A DNA stretch of 46,186 nucleotides from Phycisphaerae bacterium (GCA_045863575.1 BTUC01000005.1:1-46186); one strand, 5' to 3'. Counted from the first letter of the stretch, positions 9,371-19,508 are shown. Made by a program: numbers and translations. The notes: generated from the letters alone by a model not told the origin.

Positions 9371-9796
9371 ATGGCTGACGAGAAACTGGGTCCGCCCGCG
9401 CCGGTCGTGTTGGCGATGGTCATCTGCGACATGATTTACCAGGACCCGGCCACGCAGAAATGCACGTTGTTGGGCACCTTCTCGACGATCAACGCACGGC
9501 AGTTTCCAGTGGTTCACCGGACACTCTCCGTGCACGTGGCATTGACCGACGGCCATGGGCGCGCGCGCATCCGGCTGACGCTCGTCTCGGCGGACGAAAG
9601 TCAGGCGCCCATCTTCTCGCGCGAAGGGGCCATCGAGTTCGCCGACCCCCGCATGGTGGCCGAGCTCAACTTCACCATCGGCAACATCACCTTCCCCTCC
9701 GCGGGGGAGTATCGCCTGCAGGTCCACGGCAACGACGAACTGCTCATGGAACGCCGGCTGTACGTCAACGAGATGACTCAGCGCCGCCCGGGCTGA
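9371..9796 (+). CDS. DUF6941 family protein
   Basis: LAMVICD...DPATQK.TLLGTF and FPSAGEYRLQV..N pattern; GGAG RBS upstream. Confidence 0.7.
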   Translation: MADEKLGPPAPVVLAMVICDMIYQDPATQKCTLLGTFSTINARQFPVVHRTLSVHVALTDGHGRARIRLTLVSADESQAPIFSREGAIEFADPRMVAELNFTIGNITFPSAGEYRLQVHGNDELLMERRLYVNEMTQRRPG

Positions 9797-9838
9797 ACCG
9801 CCATCATTCGAGTCCTTTTCCGCTGATCGCGATCAGAC

Positions 9839-9945
9839 GTAGCGTCCGGCCTCCGTGCCGGACGTTCTGCGCTGTAGCCGTTCAGCAGACCAGGGCGACC
9901 GCAGGCGCTTGTGCTCCAACGTCCGGCACGGAGGCCGGACGCTAC
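9839..9945. repeat. REPIN of two inverted GTAG-type REPs (family A)
   Basis: Perfect 28 bp inverted repeat GTAGCGTCCGGCCTCCGTGCCGGACGTT / AACGTCCGGCACGGAGGCCGGACGCTAC between convergent genes. Confidence 0.85.
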
Positions 9946-10754
9946 CGGCTGCGGCGGTCATCAGCGGAGGGCGTAGCGGGGCGGGTTGCGGGCGTGGTTT
10001 TCTCGAACACGATCACGTGTTGCCGGGGGAGTGTGCGGAGCGTTTCCTGGTGCCGCAGCGGGTGCGGCCGCATCTCGCGGATGACCTGGGCTTCGCTCAT
10101 CTTGTGCAGACGCTTGATGGGGACAAGCGGATCCTCCAGCCGGAACTCCACCAGCACCACGCGTCCACCGGGCCGCAGGGCCTTCGCGATCTGTTGCATC
10201 ATCTCGTACGGAAAGGCGAACTCGTGATAGACGTCCACGAGCAGAGCCAGGTCCACCGAGGCGGGCTCGAGCCTGGGGTCATCTTCGCTGCCCAGCACCA
10301 GGTCGATGTTGGCCAGCTTCTCCCGCCTGGCCTTCTGATCGATGATTTCCAGCATTTCGGGCTGAATATCGACCGCTTTCACGCGTCCACTCGGGCCGAC
10401 GATCTTCGCCAGACGGGTGGTGTAGTAGCCGCTGCCCGCACCGATGTCGGCCACGATCATGCCCGGCCGCAGTTTTAAGGCGGTCATGAGCTTTCGGCCA
10501 TGCTCCTCCTCCTCTCGCTCCGGCCGGTCCAGCCAGGCGGCGCCGGCGTGGCCCATCACCTGGGCGATTTCGCGGCCCATGTAGAACTTGCCAATGCCGT
10601 CGGGATCGTGATGCGGCCACCAGCGGTAGCGTGGCCTGTCGTCCCTGGGGGACGAGGTTGTCGCCGGTGCGGAAGCGACCGGACGGTCGGCGCTTACGGC
10701 CGTAACGGTCATGGCGAGCCACGCCAGAATGCTCCATAGCGGTATCGGTCGCAT
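9942..10754 (-). CDS. Class I SAM-dependent methyltransferase with N-terminal signal-like peptide
   Basis: VADIGAGSGYY, AVDIQ, LLVDVYHEF, LRPGGRVVLVEF; start chosen at MRPIPLWSILAWL. Confidence 0.85.
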   Translation of the reverse strand: MRPIPLWSILAWLAMTVTAVSADRPVASAPATTSSPRDDRPRYRWWPHHDPDGIGKFYMGREIAQVMGHAGAAWLDRPEREEEEHGRKLMTALKLRPGMIVADIGAGSGYYTTRLAKIVGPSGRVKAVDIQPEMLEIIDQKARREKLANIDLVLGSEDDPRLEPASVDLALLVDVYHEFAFPYEMMQQIAKALRPGGRVVLVEFRLEDPLVPIKRLHKMSEAQVIREMRPHPLRHQETLRTLPRQHVIVFEKTTPATRPATPSADDRRSR

Positions 10755-10851
10755 CAGGTCGACTCCGGTCCAGAGCTGTGCATATGGCTTCATCATAGGC
10801 TTGGTATTTGCCATAGAGCTCGCTGAGGTCGCAGAGGGAGAATCTGCTGGA

Positions 10852-12525
10852 TCAGCGGACGAACAGCAGCACCATGGCCTGGGCACAGATCACGCGCAGG
10901 AGCATCACCAGCGGGTAGACGGTCGAGTACGAGACGGAGGGGGCATCGGAATTTGCCAGCGACGTCGCGAAGGCCAGCGCCGGCGGGTCGGTCATGCTGC
11001 CCGCGAGCAGGCCACACAGGTGGAAGTAGTTGGTCTGGAGAAAAATGCGGGCGACAGCGGCCACCACCACCAGCGGCAGCAGCGTGATCATGGCCCCGGC
11101 CGCGATCCACAGCGGACCGCTGCCTCCGGTCAACGTGGTTACGAACTGGTCACCCGAACGCAAGCCCACGCACGCCAGGAACAGCACGATGCCGACCTCC
11201 CGGAGCATGAAGTTTGCGCTGATGGGCATGTACCAGATCAGCGGGCCGATGCGGCCGATCCAGCTCAGGAGAATCGCCACCAACAGCGGCCCGCCGGCCA
11301 GGCCGAGTTTGACCGGTGCCGGCACGCCCGGGAAAGACACCGGCCAGCTTCCCAGCAGCACACCCAGGGCGATGCCCACGAAGATGGGCACAAGCTGGGG
11401 ATGGTTGAGCTGCTTCAGTGAGTTGCCCAACTCGTCGGCGACGTGGTCGATGGCCGCCGGGTCGCCGACGGCCAGAACCGTGTCGCCGAATTGCGTTCGG
11501 AAGTGGGGCGTCGGCGTGAAGTCGATCTCCGCGCGGCTGACCCGCGTGATACTGACGCCGTAGCGGCTGACCAGATCGAGCTCGGGAATGGTTTTGCCCA
11601 GTGCTGACTTCTGCGTGACGATGATGCGGCGGGTGACGATGTTGCTGGGCACGAGACGCAGGTCCACGCTGCTCTCGTTGCCGACGATGAGCCGGAGCTG
11701 GTCGAGGCGATCCTTGGGGCCGACGGCCAGAATCACGTCGCCGATGTGCAGCCGGGTGTCCGGCCGGGCGACACGCAACTGCTCCTCCTGGAGGATGCGT
11801 GAGATGACCACGCCATACTCGCCCACGATGGGCAGGTCGCGAATGTACACGCCGTCGAGGTTGGGGTTGCGTACAACCAGGTTGACGGTGGCCAATCGCG
11901 AACCCGTTTTTTCCTGCAGCGCCGAGAGTGCTTCTGACTCCTTCCGCATGCTGATGCGGAAAACGGCTCGTGCGCCGACCATGGTCAGAATGATGCCGAT
12001 GATTCCGAACGGGTAGGCGATGGCATAGCCCAGCCCGGGCAGCTTGCGCACCTCGCTGGCCGGCTCCACCAGATCTTTGAGCGCCTGCTGGGCGGCGGCC
12101 AGGCTGGGTGTGTTGGTCGTGGCCCCGGAGAACAATCCAACGGCCACGGGCATGTCAATGCCCGCCCACAGGCTCAGGGCCACCGTGGTCAGGGCGCCCA
12201 GAATGACGATGGCGGCCGCCATCAGGTTGAGCGGCAGCCCTTGGCGCTTGAGGGAGGCGAGGAAGCCGGGGCCCACCTGGAGGCCGATGGTGTACACGAA
12301 AATGATCAGTCCGAACTCGCGGGCGAAGTCGAGGACTGATTCGTTGATCCGGATCTTGAAATGGCCGAACAGCAATCCGGCGAAGAGCACGCCGGCGATG
12401 CCCAGATTGATGCCCAGGATGCGGATGCTGCCTATGGCCAGGCCGCCGGCCGCCACCAGGCTGATCACCAGCACGGCACGGGCCACTGATTCGTGATCTT
12501 GAAAGAGCTGGGTGAGCCAATCCAT
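10852..12525 (-). CDS. YidE/AspT family putative transporter (two TrkA-C domains)
   Basis: REFGLIIFVYTIGLQVGPGF, GATTNTPSLAAAQ, LAGSMTDPPALAF, YSTVYPL motifs. Confidence 0.9.
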   Translation of the reverse strand: MDWLTQLFQDHESVARAVLVISLVAAGGLAIGSIRILGINLGIAGVLFAGLLFGHFKIRINESVLDFAREFGLIIFVYTIGLQVGPGFLASLKRQGLPLNLMAAAIVILGALTTVALSLWAGIDMPVAVGLFSGATTNTPSLAAAQQALKDLVEPASEVRKLPGLGYAIAYPFGIIGIILTMVGARAVFRISMRKESEALSALQEKTGSRLATVNLVVRNPNLDGVYIRDLPIVGEYGVVISRILQEEQLRVARPDTRLHIGDVILAVGPKDRLDQLRLIVGNESSVDLRLVPSNIVTRRIIVTQKSALGKTIPELDLVSRYGVSITRVSRAEIDFTPTPHFRTQFGDTVLAVGDPAAIDHVADELGNSLKQLNHPQLVPIFVGIALGVLLGSWPVSFPGVPAPVKLGLAGGPLLVAILLSWIGRIGPLIWYMPISANFMLREVGIVLFLACVGLRSGDQFVTTLTGGSGPLWIAAGAMITLLPLVVVAAVARIFLQTNYFHLCGLLAGSMTDPPALAFATSLANSDAPSVSYSTVYPLVMLLRVICAQAMVLLFVR

Positions 12526-12613
12526 CGGGGTGCTTTACTCCAGTTGGCGCCGCGGGCAGGTGAACTCCAGCCGCGTGTCAGCTTGCAGGGCTGCGGCCCG
12601 CGTGGACGGGCAA

Positions 12614-14035
12614 CTATTGGGTGCGTGCCGGTGCGGCGGTTGTCGTTGCGGCGGGCAAGGATACCGGCGGCTGCGCCGGCTTGTCCATCTCCACCGGCAG
12701 CAGAAACAGGCGGCCTTCTCGAGTGGTGAAGTAGATCCTGGCCGCATCGACGGCACCCGGCCCCGTACCGGTCCAGAAGGCATAGAAGCCTGGATCGGAG
12801 TGGACCGGTTTTTGGAGGCCCACGGGCCCCAGCTTGCCCAACCGGGCGTCGAACTGGCGGTACCACGAGCGGCCCTGGTCGTCGCTGAACCACTCGGTCA
12901 AGCGGGTCCCCGGTCCGGCCGCCTCGGTCGTGATCAACAGGCGCCAGCTCCGGTCGGGCTCAACGTAGAGCCGGCCATGGTCCGCCTCGCCGTCGGCCGG
13001 CAGCACCCCGGTGGTCTCCCATTCACGCCCGATCCACCGCGCCGTGGTCCACGTGCGGATGGCTGGGGCTCCGTTGGTCCCGCCGCGGACCACGATGTAC
13101 AGGATGGTCGGATTGCCGAATTTATCGAAGGTGATGTCCTTCAGGTGCAGTCGCCAGGCGATAGAGGCGTAGTCTTTGACCAGCGTCGGACTGTCCGGTT
13201 GCTTCAACGGCAACGCGACCGCCGCCCGGCGCATCGTCTGCCAGGTCTTGCCGCCGTCGGACGTCTCGAGGTAGTACAGGCTCGTTCCCTCACCGGAGTT
13301 GCCGCGGATCACCGGACCGCGTATGGCCGCACCGATCTTCGTGCGATGCTGCCCGGTGACCAGCTGGTGGTCTCCTTCCAGCACAGACAACGGTTGAGGT
13401 TGCTGCCACTCCCCCGGTGTGTCCGTCACGGTGAAGACCGGATGCACTGCCGACTCGTGCGGCTTGATGCCCAGCGCCAACAATTGACCGCCCATCGGCG
13501 CCCAGAACTGAGCCAGCTCGGGAGCGGGGCCGTCGAAACGGGTGAACTCGTCGACCTCGTACGGCTTTGTGCTCTTGAAGAGCTGCGTAGCCCGGTCAGC
13601 CGCTCCAGAGGCTGCCAGAATCCAGAGGTGCCCTCGTTCATCGAGCGTCAACGAGGCCCGGAGGTGCTCACCCCGGAAGGGCAGCAGAACGGGCTGCAGG
13701 GCCACGCTCTCCTGGTGGTCGAAAGCTCCGACGGCCAGGCACGCAGTCGCCTCCCCGGAGCCGGCCGGCACGGCGTGCTCGTAAACGAAGAACGTTTTGC
13801 GCGGCTTCTCGGCAAACCAGGCAGCCGGCAGCGGATGCAGCGTCAGGCCTTTTTCCGCTTGAGAGGCTTCTGCGGGCACGGCGGGAGCGCTGCCTGGAGG
13901 CATCTCCGGATCGACCGGCAAGTAGCCCGAAGCTTGCTCGACGGCCACAGGTGAGCCACCGGCCTCGGCCGGCTGCGTCGCCTGAGCCGGTGACAGCATA
14001 CTGGTGCAGACCATGAGAAGAAGCAGATTCGTCAC
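12614..14035 (-). CDS. Secreted BNR/Asp-box repeat protein (BNR-4-like)
   Basis: GTG start with GGGAGGA RBS; signal peptide; Asp-boxes TSDGGKTW and SDDQGRSW. Confidence 0.7.
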   Translation of the reverse strand: MTNLLLLMVCTSMLSPAQATQPAEAGGSPVAVEQASGYLPVDPEMPPGSAPAVPAEASQAEKGLTLHPLPAAWFAEKPRKTFFVYEHAVPAGSGEATACLAVGAFDHQESVALQPVLLPFRGEHLRASLTLDERGHLWILAASGAADRATQLFKSTKPYEVDEFTRFDGPAPELAQFWAPMGGQLLALGIKPHESAVHPVFTVTDTPGEWQQPQPLSVLEGDHQLVTGQHRTKIGAAIRGPVIRGNSGEGTSLYYLETSDGGKTWQTMRRAAVALPLKQPDSPTLVKDYASIAWRLHLKDITFDKFGNPTILYIVVRGGTNGAPAIRTWTTARWIGREWETTGVLPADGEADHGRLYVEPDRSWRLLITTEAAGPGTRLTEWFSDDQGRSWYRQFDARLGKLGPVGLQKPVHSDPGFYAFWTGTGPGAVDAARIYFTTREGRLFLLPVEMDKPAQPPVSLPAATTTAAPARTQ

Positions 14036-14187
14036 AGCAGTCCTCCCGCGGAACAAAGACGCTTGAGTATACGAGCGGCAGTGCCTCAGGAGAAGCCATC
14101 CAAAGTGCTGAGGGCCCGGTGCTGAGTTTTGAGTCTCAGAGCCGGGGGTTCCGAGTTGAACTGGGTGTGGCCGGAGGGCTGATCCGT

Positions 14188-17100
14188 TCACCGGCTTTCG
14201 CCGGCGGGACCTACAGGCAGGTAGCCGAGGACCACGGGTGGGGGCGGGCTCCTGTCCTGCGTGGCGGGAACCGTGAACGTCTGCTTGAGAACACCGCGGA
14301 GTTGGTTGTAGCCCGCATGGATCAGCGGCTGTCCGAATACTACGCTGACCAGCGGTTTCTCGAAGACCTCTGCTTTCGACAGCGGATGCTTGAAGACTTC
14401 AGCCTCCAGCGTGTACGTGGCCGTCGGCAGCGCCGGCAACACGAACGAGCCGTCTATGTCGACAGCCACGCTGCGCGTGAAGGGCTCAAACTCCCTCGAG
14501 GCGATGAATTGACTGTAGTGCTCCGACACCTCTTGAAGATTCTCCGCTGAACCTGACCACGCCGGGTAGGGTGCGACGGCCACAATTCTCAAACGCGTGT
14601 TTTTCGGCGTGATGGTAATCCCTGAGCCGGCAGTGGCAACCAGCCGACCTCTGACTGGTGCGTACAGGGCGATGTACTGTCTTGAACCCGCTGGAACTTC
14701 GATCTCCGGGTTGTCACCGGTCACCATCCAGGAGAGTTTGCGGCGGATCCAGTATCGACCGGGGGCGACTCGGTCGAAGCGGAAGTTTCCGTCCGGATCA
14801 GTGGCCGCTTCGTACGTGTGCAGAATCTCCTGCGGATCCTGGAGCGTCGAACTCCCCACCGGGCGGGCCGCGGTCAGCGTCGCGTCGGTCGGGTTAGGTT
14901 CCGGGTGGTCGGGCGGAAACATCGCGCCTTCCACCCGGCCCCACGGCTGGAGCCGGATCGGCTGGCCGGTGTTGAGCAGCGCTTCCGCATAGCCGCTCTC
15001 ATGCGTGACCACCAGTGGATGGAGCCCCAGGCCCGCCGGCAGCGTGAAGCGGCCTGCGCTATCAGTCGTGGTGGTAGTCGGGCCGGGGGGCGGCTTCTCC
15101 GTGCGCGCGTGAAGCTGACGGCTGAACCGGCCGTTCTCGAACCGCACCTGGTGATCCGGCAGCACGAGGGCCACCGTGGCTCCCGCCGCCGGTTGTCCGT
15201 CCGGCAGGAGTACACGGCCGACGGGACGGTTCACGGACTGAGTTTCAGCGGGTTGGCTGGTCTGGGGTGCATCGTCCGCGGGTTGTGTGGCCGGAGGAGT
15301 GGGTTTTCCCGTCAGTGGCCTGAGCATCTCGGTGCGCGGCTCGGGGTCAATGCGCTCCCATATTTTGGCCAGCCCCTGGGCAGGCCCGCTGCGTTGAATC
15401 AACGAGCCGTCGGGCAGCGGTGACAGGGCGGTCTTCAGGCCGTCGTACTCGGCCAGTTCAACCGTGCCATCCACCAGACGTGTCTCATCCCTGTGGCCGT
15501 TGCTGTAGAGGACCACGACCCGCCCATTCGCGAAGATGGCCATCTGCTCGTCGTCACCCTCCGGGTTGTGGAAGAACCAGGTGCCGGTGATCGATGCCGG
15601 GTTCAGGTTTTCCGGCCGTTTGGCAGCAGACCCTTCAACGGAAGAATCGCGCCTGGACCGATCACCCTTGCTTCGCATCTTCTCCTGATGCTCGTTCAGC
15701 CGCTCCTGGACGGCCAGCATCACCTGTAGCGCATTCAAATAGGTTTTCTCTGCACTGCTTAACTCGTATTCGCGAATGGAGCGTTCCTTCTCGGCGATCA
15801 GCTTGTCCAACTGAGTGGCGACCGTCGCGATCTTCTGGCGCAGGCTGGTCCTGCCGGGATGGTTTTCTCCCCATGGGCTCGTCTGGACGGCCAACTCGCG
15901 TTCCAACTCCAGCTTGCGGCTCCTCAGAGCCATTACTTCCGCGTCCTGTTGGATCAGTTCCCGCGATTGAGGACTGATGGTTATTTCTTCGGACTGTCGA
16001 GTCTTCAAGTTCTCATAAGCTGCTCTGAGTTTTGCGACCTCAACTTCCAGACTCGCATATTCGGTTGCCAGCGCGTTCAGGACCACCAGGTCGTGCTGCC
16101 GCTGGGCTTCAGACGCAATCCGATCGTCTCTCACGACCCCGGGCCAGCCCGATTTGAAGCGGATCTCGTCAGCCTCGAGAACTCCATCGGCGATTAATGC
16201 TCGCGTTTCTGAGGAGCTCACGATCTTTGAGGGTTCCGCCTTCAACTGTGCCCACTTTCGTTTGAGGTCGTCGCGCTCTGCCTGAGCCCGGCTCAAGTCC
16301 TCCTCAAGAGCACGGTAGGCCTGCAGGTCTGACTCAGTACCGCTCTCGGCGGGCGGGGTGGCGGTGGTGTCGTCTGCTCCGCGAGACGCCGGTGCGGAGA
16401 ATTCGATCCTCTCGGCTTCGATGATGTTCTCGCCGGAGTGGATGCGAACTTTGCCCTCGTGGACATCAATCACCGTCGACGGCTGCGAAGCTATGGCCGC
16501 GGGCGGCACGGCTCGGGTTCGACTCTGTTTCTGCTCCTCGGCGAGCGACTCTGCCTCTCGAAGCCAGACGCGCAGGCTCGCTTCGGCCTTGATCGCGTTC
16601 CGATGAGCCTTCTCAGCTTGACCGAGGAGATACCCATTCAGTTCGTCCGGGTTAAGGTGGAAGACATCCTTCAGTTTCTGCTCGAGCTGTGCGACATCCT
16701 CTTCGATCGTCGTGATTGATGGGTGGTCAGGCGCGAACTGAGCTGATAGCGACAGGTGTTCTGCCTTCATCTTCAACAAACGGTCCCCAATCAGATCGTC
16801 GAGCTGAGCTGCGACGTCCGGGCTGGGGGCGGTGCTGGTTTTTGTGCGTTTGAGTTGCTCCCGGATCGCATCGAGCGACTCCCGTTCCTTGTTTAGGCGG
16901 GCAAGCCTTTGTTCGAGTTCCACCGGGTTGCCGTGTGCGGCAGGTTGCATGCGGATTCGAACATTCGGCGGGGTAGCGTCCTTCACAACCGTGACCCGGG
17001 CGGTTCCTTCGTAGTCGGGGCCGCGAACGCCGCTGTATCGGTAAAGGACATCCCGTTGATCCATGTCCAGCGGCCGGTACGCACGAGCGGTCAGCACGTA

Positions 17101-19047
17101 CTCACCCGGCGGAATCAGCGGGGTCTTCCACTGACCCTCGGCGTCTGCCGCGACGGCTTCCAGCGTGAACAACTCGGGGATTCGATCATTCTCCGCGCGG
17201 GCAGGCCTGACCATCACGTATGCCAGGGCCATGGAATCCATGGGCACACCCTGTAATTCTCCCTTGAGGTACTGCCCCTCCTGGCGAACCGCTTCGACAC
17301 TCAACGCCTGATCAAATCCTATTGCTAGACGCCATTGCTCGCAGGAGAGTCCGACACCCCCGTCGCCTCCCCGGAGGAATGTCTTCATGCGCGTGAGGCT
17401 GTACGTGCCCGGAGCGAGATCCGCGATGGTGGTGTGTCCGCCGTTGGGCACCTTCACGGTGAGTGACCCATGGTCATATGCAAGACGACCGCCGGTGCTC
17501 GAATCAGCCGGTTGACGCCGGATCCCACTCGCATTCCACAATTCGAAACGCGCCTCTGGTTCCGCTCCTGGAATGTCGAAATGGATGGTGAGTGTGGCCG
17601 GACCGGGCAGCCGGACGTCCAGAGGATCACCGTGCCGCGGTAGCGGCATCACCGTCGCGTAATCGGGGGCGATGAGACCCACCCCGGTGGTCTGGGGCCC
17701 TGCACCTTTCAGCGTAAATCGCCCCTCAGTATCGCTTCGTGTTTCCGATGAGTTGATCGCCGGTGCCTGGCTATTTGCCCCGTCCATCACCCTCGGGTCG
17801 ATCAGGTAGACGCGCACGCCCTCCACCGGCTTACCGGTGTGATCGACTACCCGGCCGTGCACTTCACTGGCGAGCGCGTTCGAGGCAGGTGGAGACTGGG
17901 CTGCCTCCACCCTTTGAACCGCCCGGTATCCGGCCACGCAGCCGGCCACGATGAGCAGGCCGACCGCGCCGGCCAGCCAGGGCGTGGAACGGGCCTGTCG
18001 CGGGGTCGGCATGCCGACCAAACGATGGATCCGCCGGACGAGCGATCCGCTGGTCGCCGCGGCCGCATACCGCGGCGTGAATGCGCGGAGGCGTTCCATC
18101 TCGGCCAGGGCTCGTGCATAGAGCAGCGAACCGCCGCAGACCGACACGGCCACATCGTCGCAGCAGTGTTCTCTCTCCGCCCGGATGCGGTGCGAAACCC
18201 ACCAGACGGCCGGGTGGTAGAAAAGCAGCGTCTCGACGACGCTCTGGAAGATATTGACCAGGTAATCGCACCGGCGAATATGAGCCAGTTCATGCGCCAG
18301 GATGGCCCGCAGTTGTTCCGGCGTGAGCCCGGTCAGGGCGCTGACCGGCAGGAGGATTACCGGCCGGATCCATCCGATGGTCATGGGCACCTGGGCCACC
18401 GGCGAGAGCAGCAGACGAACCCGCCGATGCAGATCCAGTCGGCATGATAGATCCGCCAGGAGGGTCTGCAGAGCGTCGGTTACCGGCTGCACGAGCCGGT
18501 GCCGGATACGCTGCACTTGTATCCAGCCGGCCAGCAGGCGCAGGAACAACGCCATCATGCCAACAAACCACCCCGCGACCACCCAGGGCAGGTAACGCTC
18601 ACAGGCGGCCGAGAATTGCTGCGGCCAGGGTGCTGGGCGCACTCTCGGTGGTGCGGCGGCCGGTGTCACTGGGCCGCGGGGTTCAGGGGCCACGACCTTT
18701 TCCGAGGAGAGCACAGCAGGCTCTGCGGATCCAATCGCGCTCGCGACGGGCCCGCTTGTCTGATTCCCTGCCGGGAAGGAAGTATCCGACGCAATCGGTG
18801 GCGGCATCACGGGCGGCGATGGGATCTGATCGGCTATCAGCACAGGCCGCGGCGGCGTCAGCAGGCAGAATGTGCCCACAGTGGTTACGACCATCGCCAG
18901 CATGCCCCCACATGCCGCCCCATAGCGAGCATCCGAGGAGCGCCGCCGCAGCAGCCACATCAGGCCGGCCACGATCACTGCAATCGCTGCGCCCTGCCAG
19001 ACGAAGTGCAGAAGGGCCCAGCCGAGTCGCCATACGATCGGGTTCAT
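14188..19047 (-). CDS. Giant BlaR1/MecR1-type M56 metallopeptidase signal transducer with carboxypeptidase-regulatory-like and coiled-coil sensor regions
   Basis: LGWALLHFVWQG, ILAHELAHIRR.D (HExxH), ERE.CCDD; VHGRVVDHTGKPVEGVRV and GRVLLPDGQPAAGATV beta-sandwich domains; ATGA overlap with blaI. Confidence 0.88.
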   Translation of the reverse strand: MNPIVWRLGWALLHFVWQGAAIAVIVAGLMWLLRRRSSDARYGAACGGMLAMVVTTVGTFCLLTPPRPVLIADQIPSPPVMPPPIASDTSFPAGNQTSGPVASAIGSAEPAVLSSEKVVAPEPRGPVTPAAAPPRVRPAPWPQQFSAACERYLPWVVAGWFVGMMALFLRLLAGWIQVQRIRHRLVQPVTDALQTLLADLSCRLDLHRRVRLLLSPVAQVPMTIGWIRPVILLPVSALTGLTPEQLRAILAHELAHIRRCDYLVNIFQSVVETLLFYHPAVWWVSHRIRAEREHCCDDVAVSVCGGSLLYARALAEMERLRAFTPRYAAAATSGSLVRRIHRLVGMPTPRQARSTPWLAGAVGLLIVAGCVAGYRAVQRVEAAQSPPASNALASEVHGRVVDHTGKPVEGVRVYLIDPRVMDGANSQAPAINSSETRSDTEGRFTLKGAGPQTTGVGLIAPDYATVMPLPRHGDPLDVRLPGPATLTIHFDIPGAEPEARFELWNASGIRRQPADSSTGGRLAYDHGSLTVKVPNGGHTTIADLAPGTYSLTRMKTFLRGGDGGVGLSCEQWRLAIGFDQALSVEAVRQEGQYLKGELQGVPMDSMALAYVMVRPARAENDRIPELFTLEAVAADAEGQWKTPLIPPGEYVLTARAYRPLDMDQRDVLYRYSGVRGPDYEGTARVTVVKDATPPNVRIRMQPAAHGNPVELEQRLARLNKERESLDAIREQLKRTKTSTAPSPDVAAQLDDLIGDRLLKMKAEHLSLSAQFAPDHPSITTIEEDVAQLEQKLKDVFHLNPDELNGYLLGQAEKAHRNAIKAEASLRVWLREAESLAEEQKQSRTRAVPPAAIASQPSTVIDVHEGKVRIHSGENIIEAERIEFSAPASRGADDTTATPPAESGTESDLQAYRALEEDLSRAQAERDDLKRKWAQLKAEPSKIVSSSETRALIADGVLEADEIRFKSGWPGVVRDDRIASEAQRQHDLVVLNALATEYASLEVEVAKLRAAYENLKTRQSEEITISPQSRELIQQDAEVMALRSRKLELERELAVQTSPWGENHPGRTSLRQKIATVATQLDKLIAEKERSIREYELSSAEKTYLNALQVMLAVQERLNEHQEKMRSKGDRSRRDSSVEGSAAKRPENLNPASITGTWFFHNPEGDDEQMAIFANGRVVVLYSNGHRDETRLVDGTVELAEYDGLKTALSPLPDGSLIQRSGPAQGLAKIWERIDPEPRTEMLRPLTGKPTPPATQPADDAPQTSQPAETQSVNRPVGRVLLPDGQPAAGATVALVLPDHQVRFENGRFSRQLHARTEKPPPGPTTTTTDSAGRFTLPAGLGLHPLVVTHESGYAEALLNTGQPIRLQPWGRVEGAMFPPDHPEPNPTDATLTAARPVGSSTLQDPQEILHTYEAATDPDGNFRFDRVAPGRYWIRRKLSWMVTGDNPEIEVPAGSRQYIALYAPVRGRLVATAGSGITITPKNTRLRIVAVAPYPAWSGSAENLQEVSEHYSQFIASREFEPFTRSVAVDIDGSFVLPALPTATYTLEAEVFKHPLSKAEVFEKPLVSVVFGQPLIHAGYNQLRGVLKQTFTVPATQDRSPPPPVVLGYLPVGPAGESR

Positions 19048-19433
19048 GACTGCTCCCTCTCGAGTTGATCCAGCAGGCTGCGGATTTCCGCGAGTTCTTC
19101 CGGGGAGGCCTTCTTGACGGACAGGGCCTGCAAGATGAGCTTTCGGGCGGAGCCGGAGAACGCCCGGTCGAGAAGGTCGCGGACGAGCTGCCGCTGAGTT
19201 TGGTCCTCGGCGCGGCGGGCCTGGTACACGTGCGTGCGGCTGCTGTCGTCCCGCGTCACAAGTCCTTTCTCGGTCATGATCTGGAGGAATTTCAGAACGG
19301 TGGTGTAGCCCGTGGACTGGGCCCGGTTCAGCTCATCGTGCACCTGTCGGACGGTGCTGGGGCCACGCTGCCACAGCACGCGCAGAATGGCCAGCTCGGC
19401 GTCGGTGGGTCGCGGTGGACGAGTTGAAGACAT
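19044..19433 (-). CDS. BlaI/MecI/CopY family transcriptional repressor
   Basis: PTDAELAILRVLWQRGPSTVRQV, GYTTVLKFLQIMTEKGLV; GAGGAGG RBS. Confidence 0.95.
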   Translation of the reverse strand: MSSTRPPRPTDAELAILRVLWQRGPSTVRQVHDELNRAQSTGYTTVLKFLQIMTEKGLVTRDDSSRTHVYQARRAEDQTQRQLVRDLLDRAFSGSARKLILQALSVKKASPEELAEIRSLLDQLEREQS

Positions 19434-19466
19434 CGAAATGGACCTCCTCTTCCACTTAGATGCGCG

Positions 19467-19508
19467 AGTATACGAAAGGTTTCGTAAAAATCAACGAAGT
19501 GTTTCGTA
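19467..19508 (-). promoter_or_regulatory. blaI promoter overlapped by two palindromic operators
   Basis: TACGAAAGGTTTCGTA (19471-19486) and AACGAAGTGTTTCGTA (19493-19508); minus strand TTGATT-16-TATACT. Confidence 0.75.
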
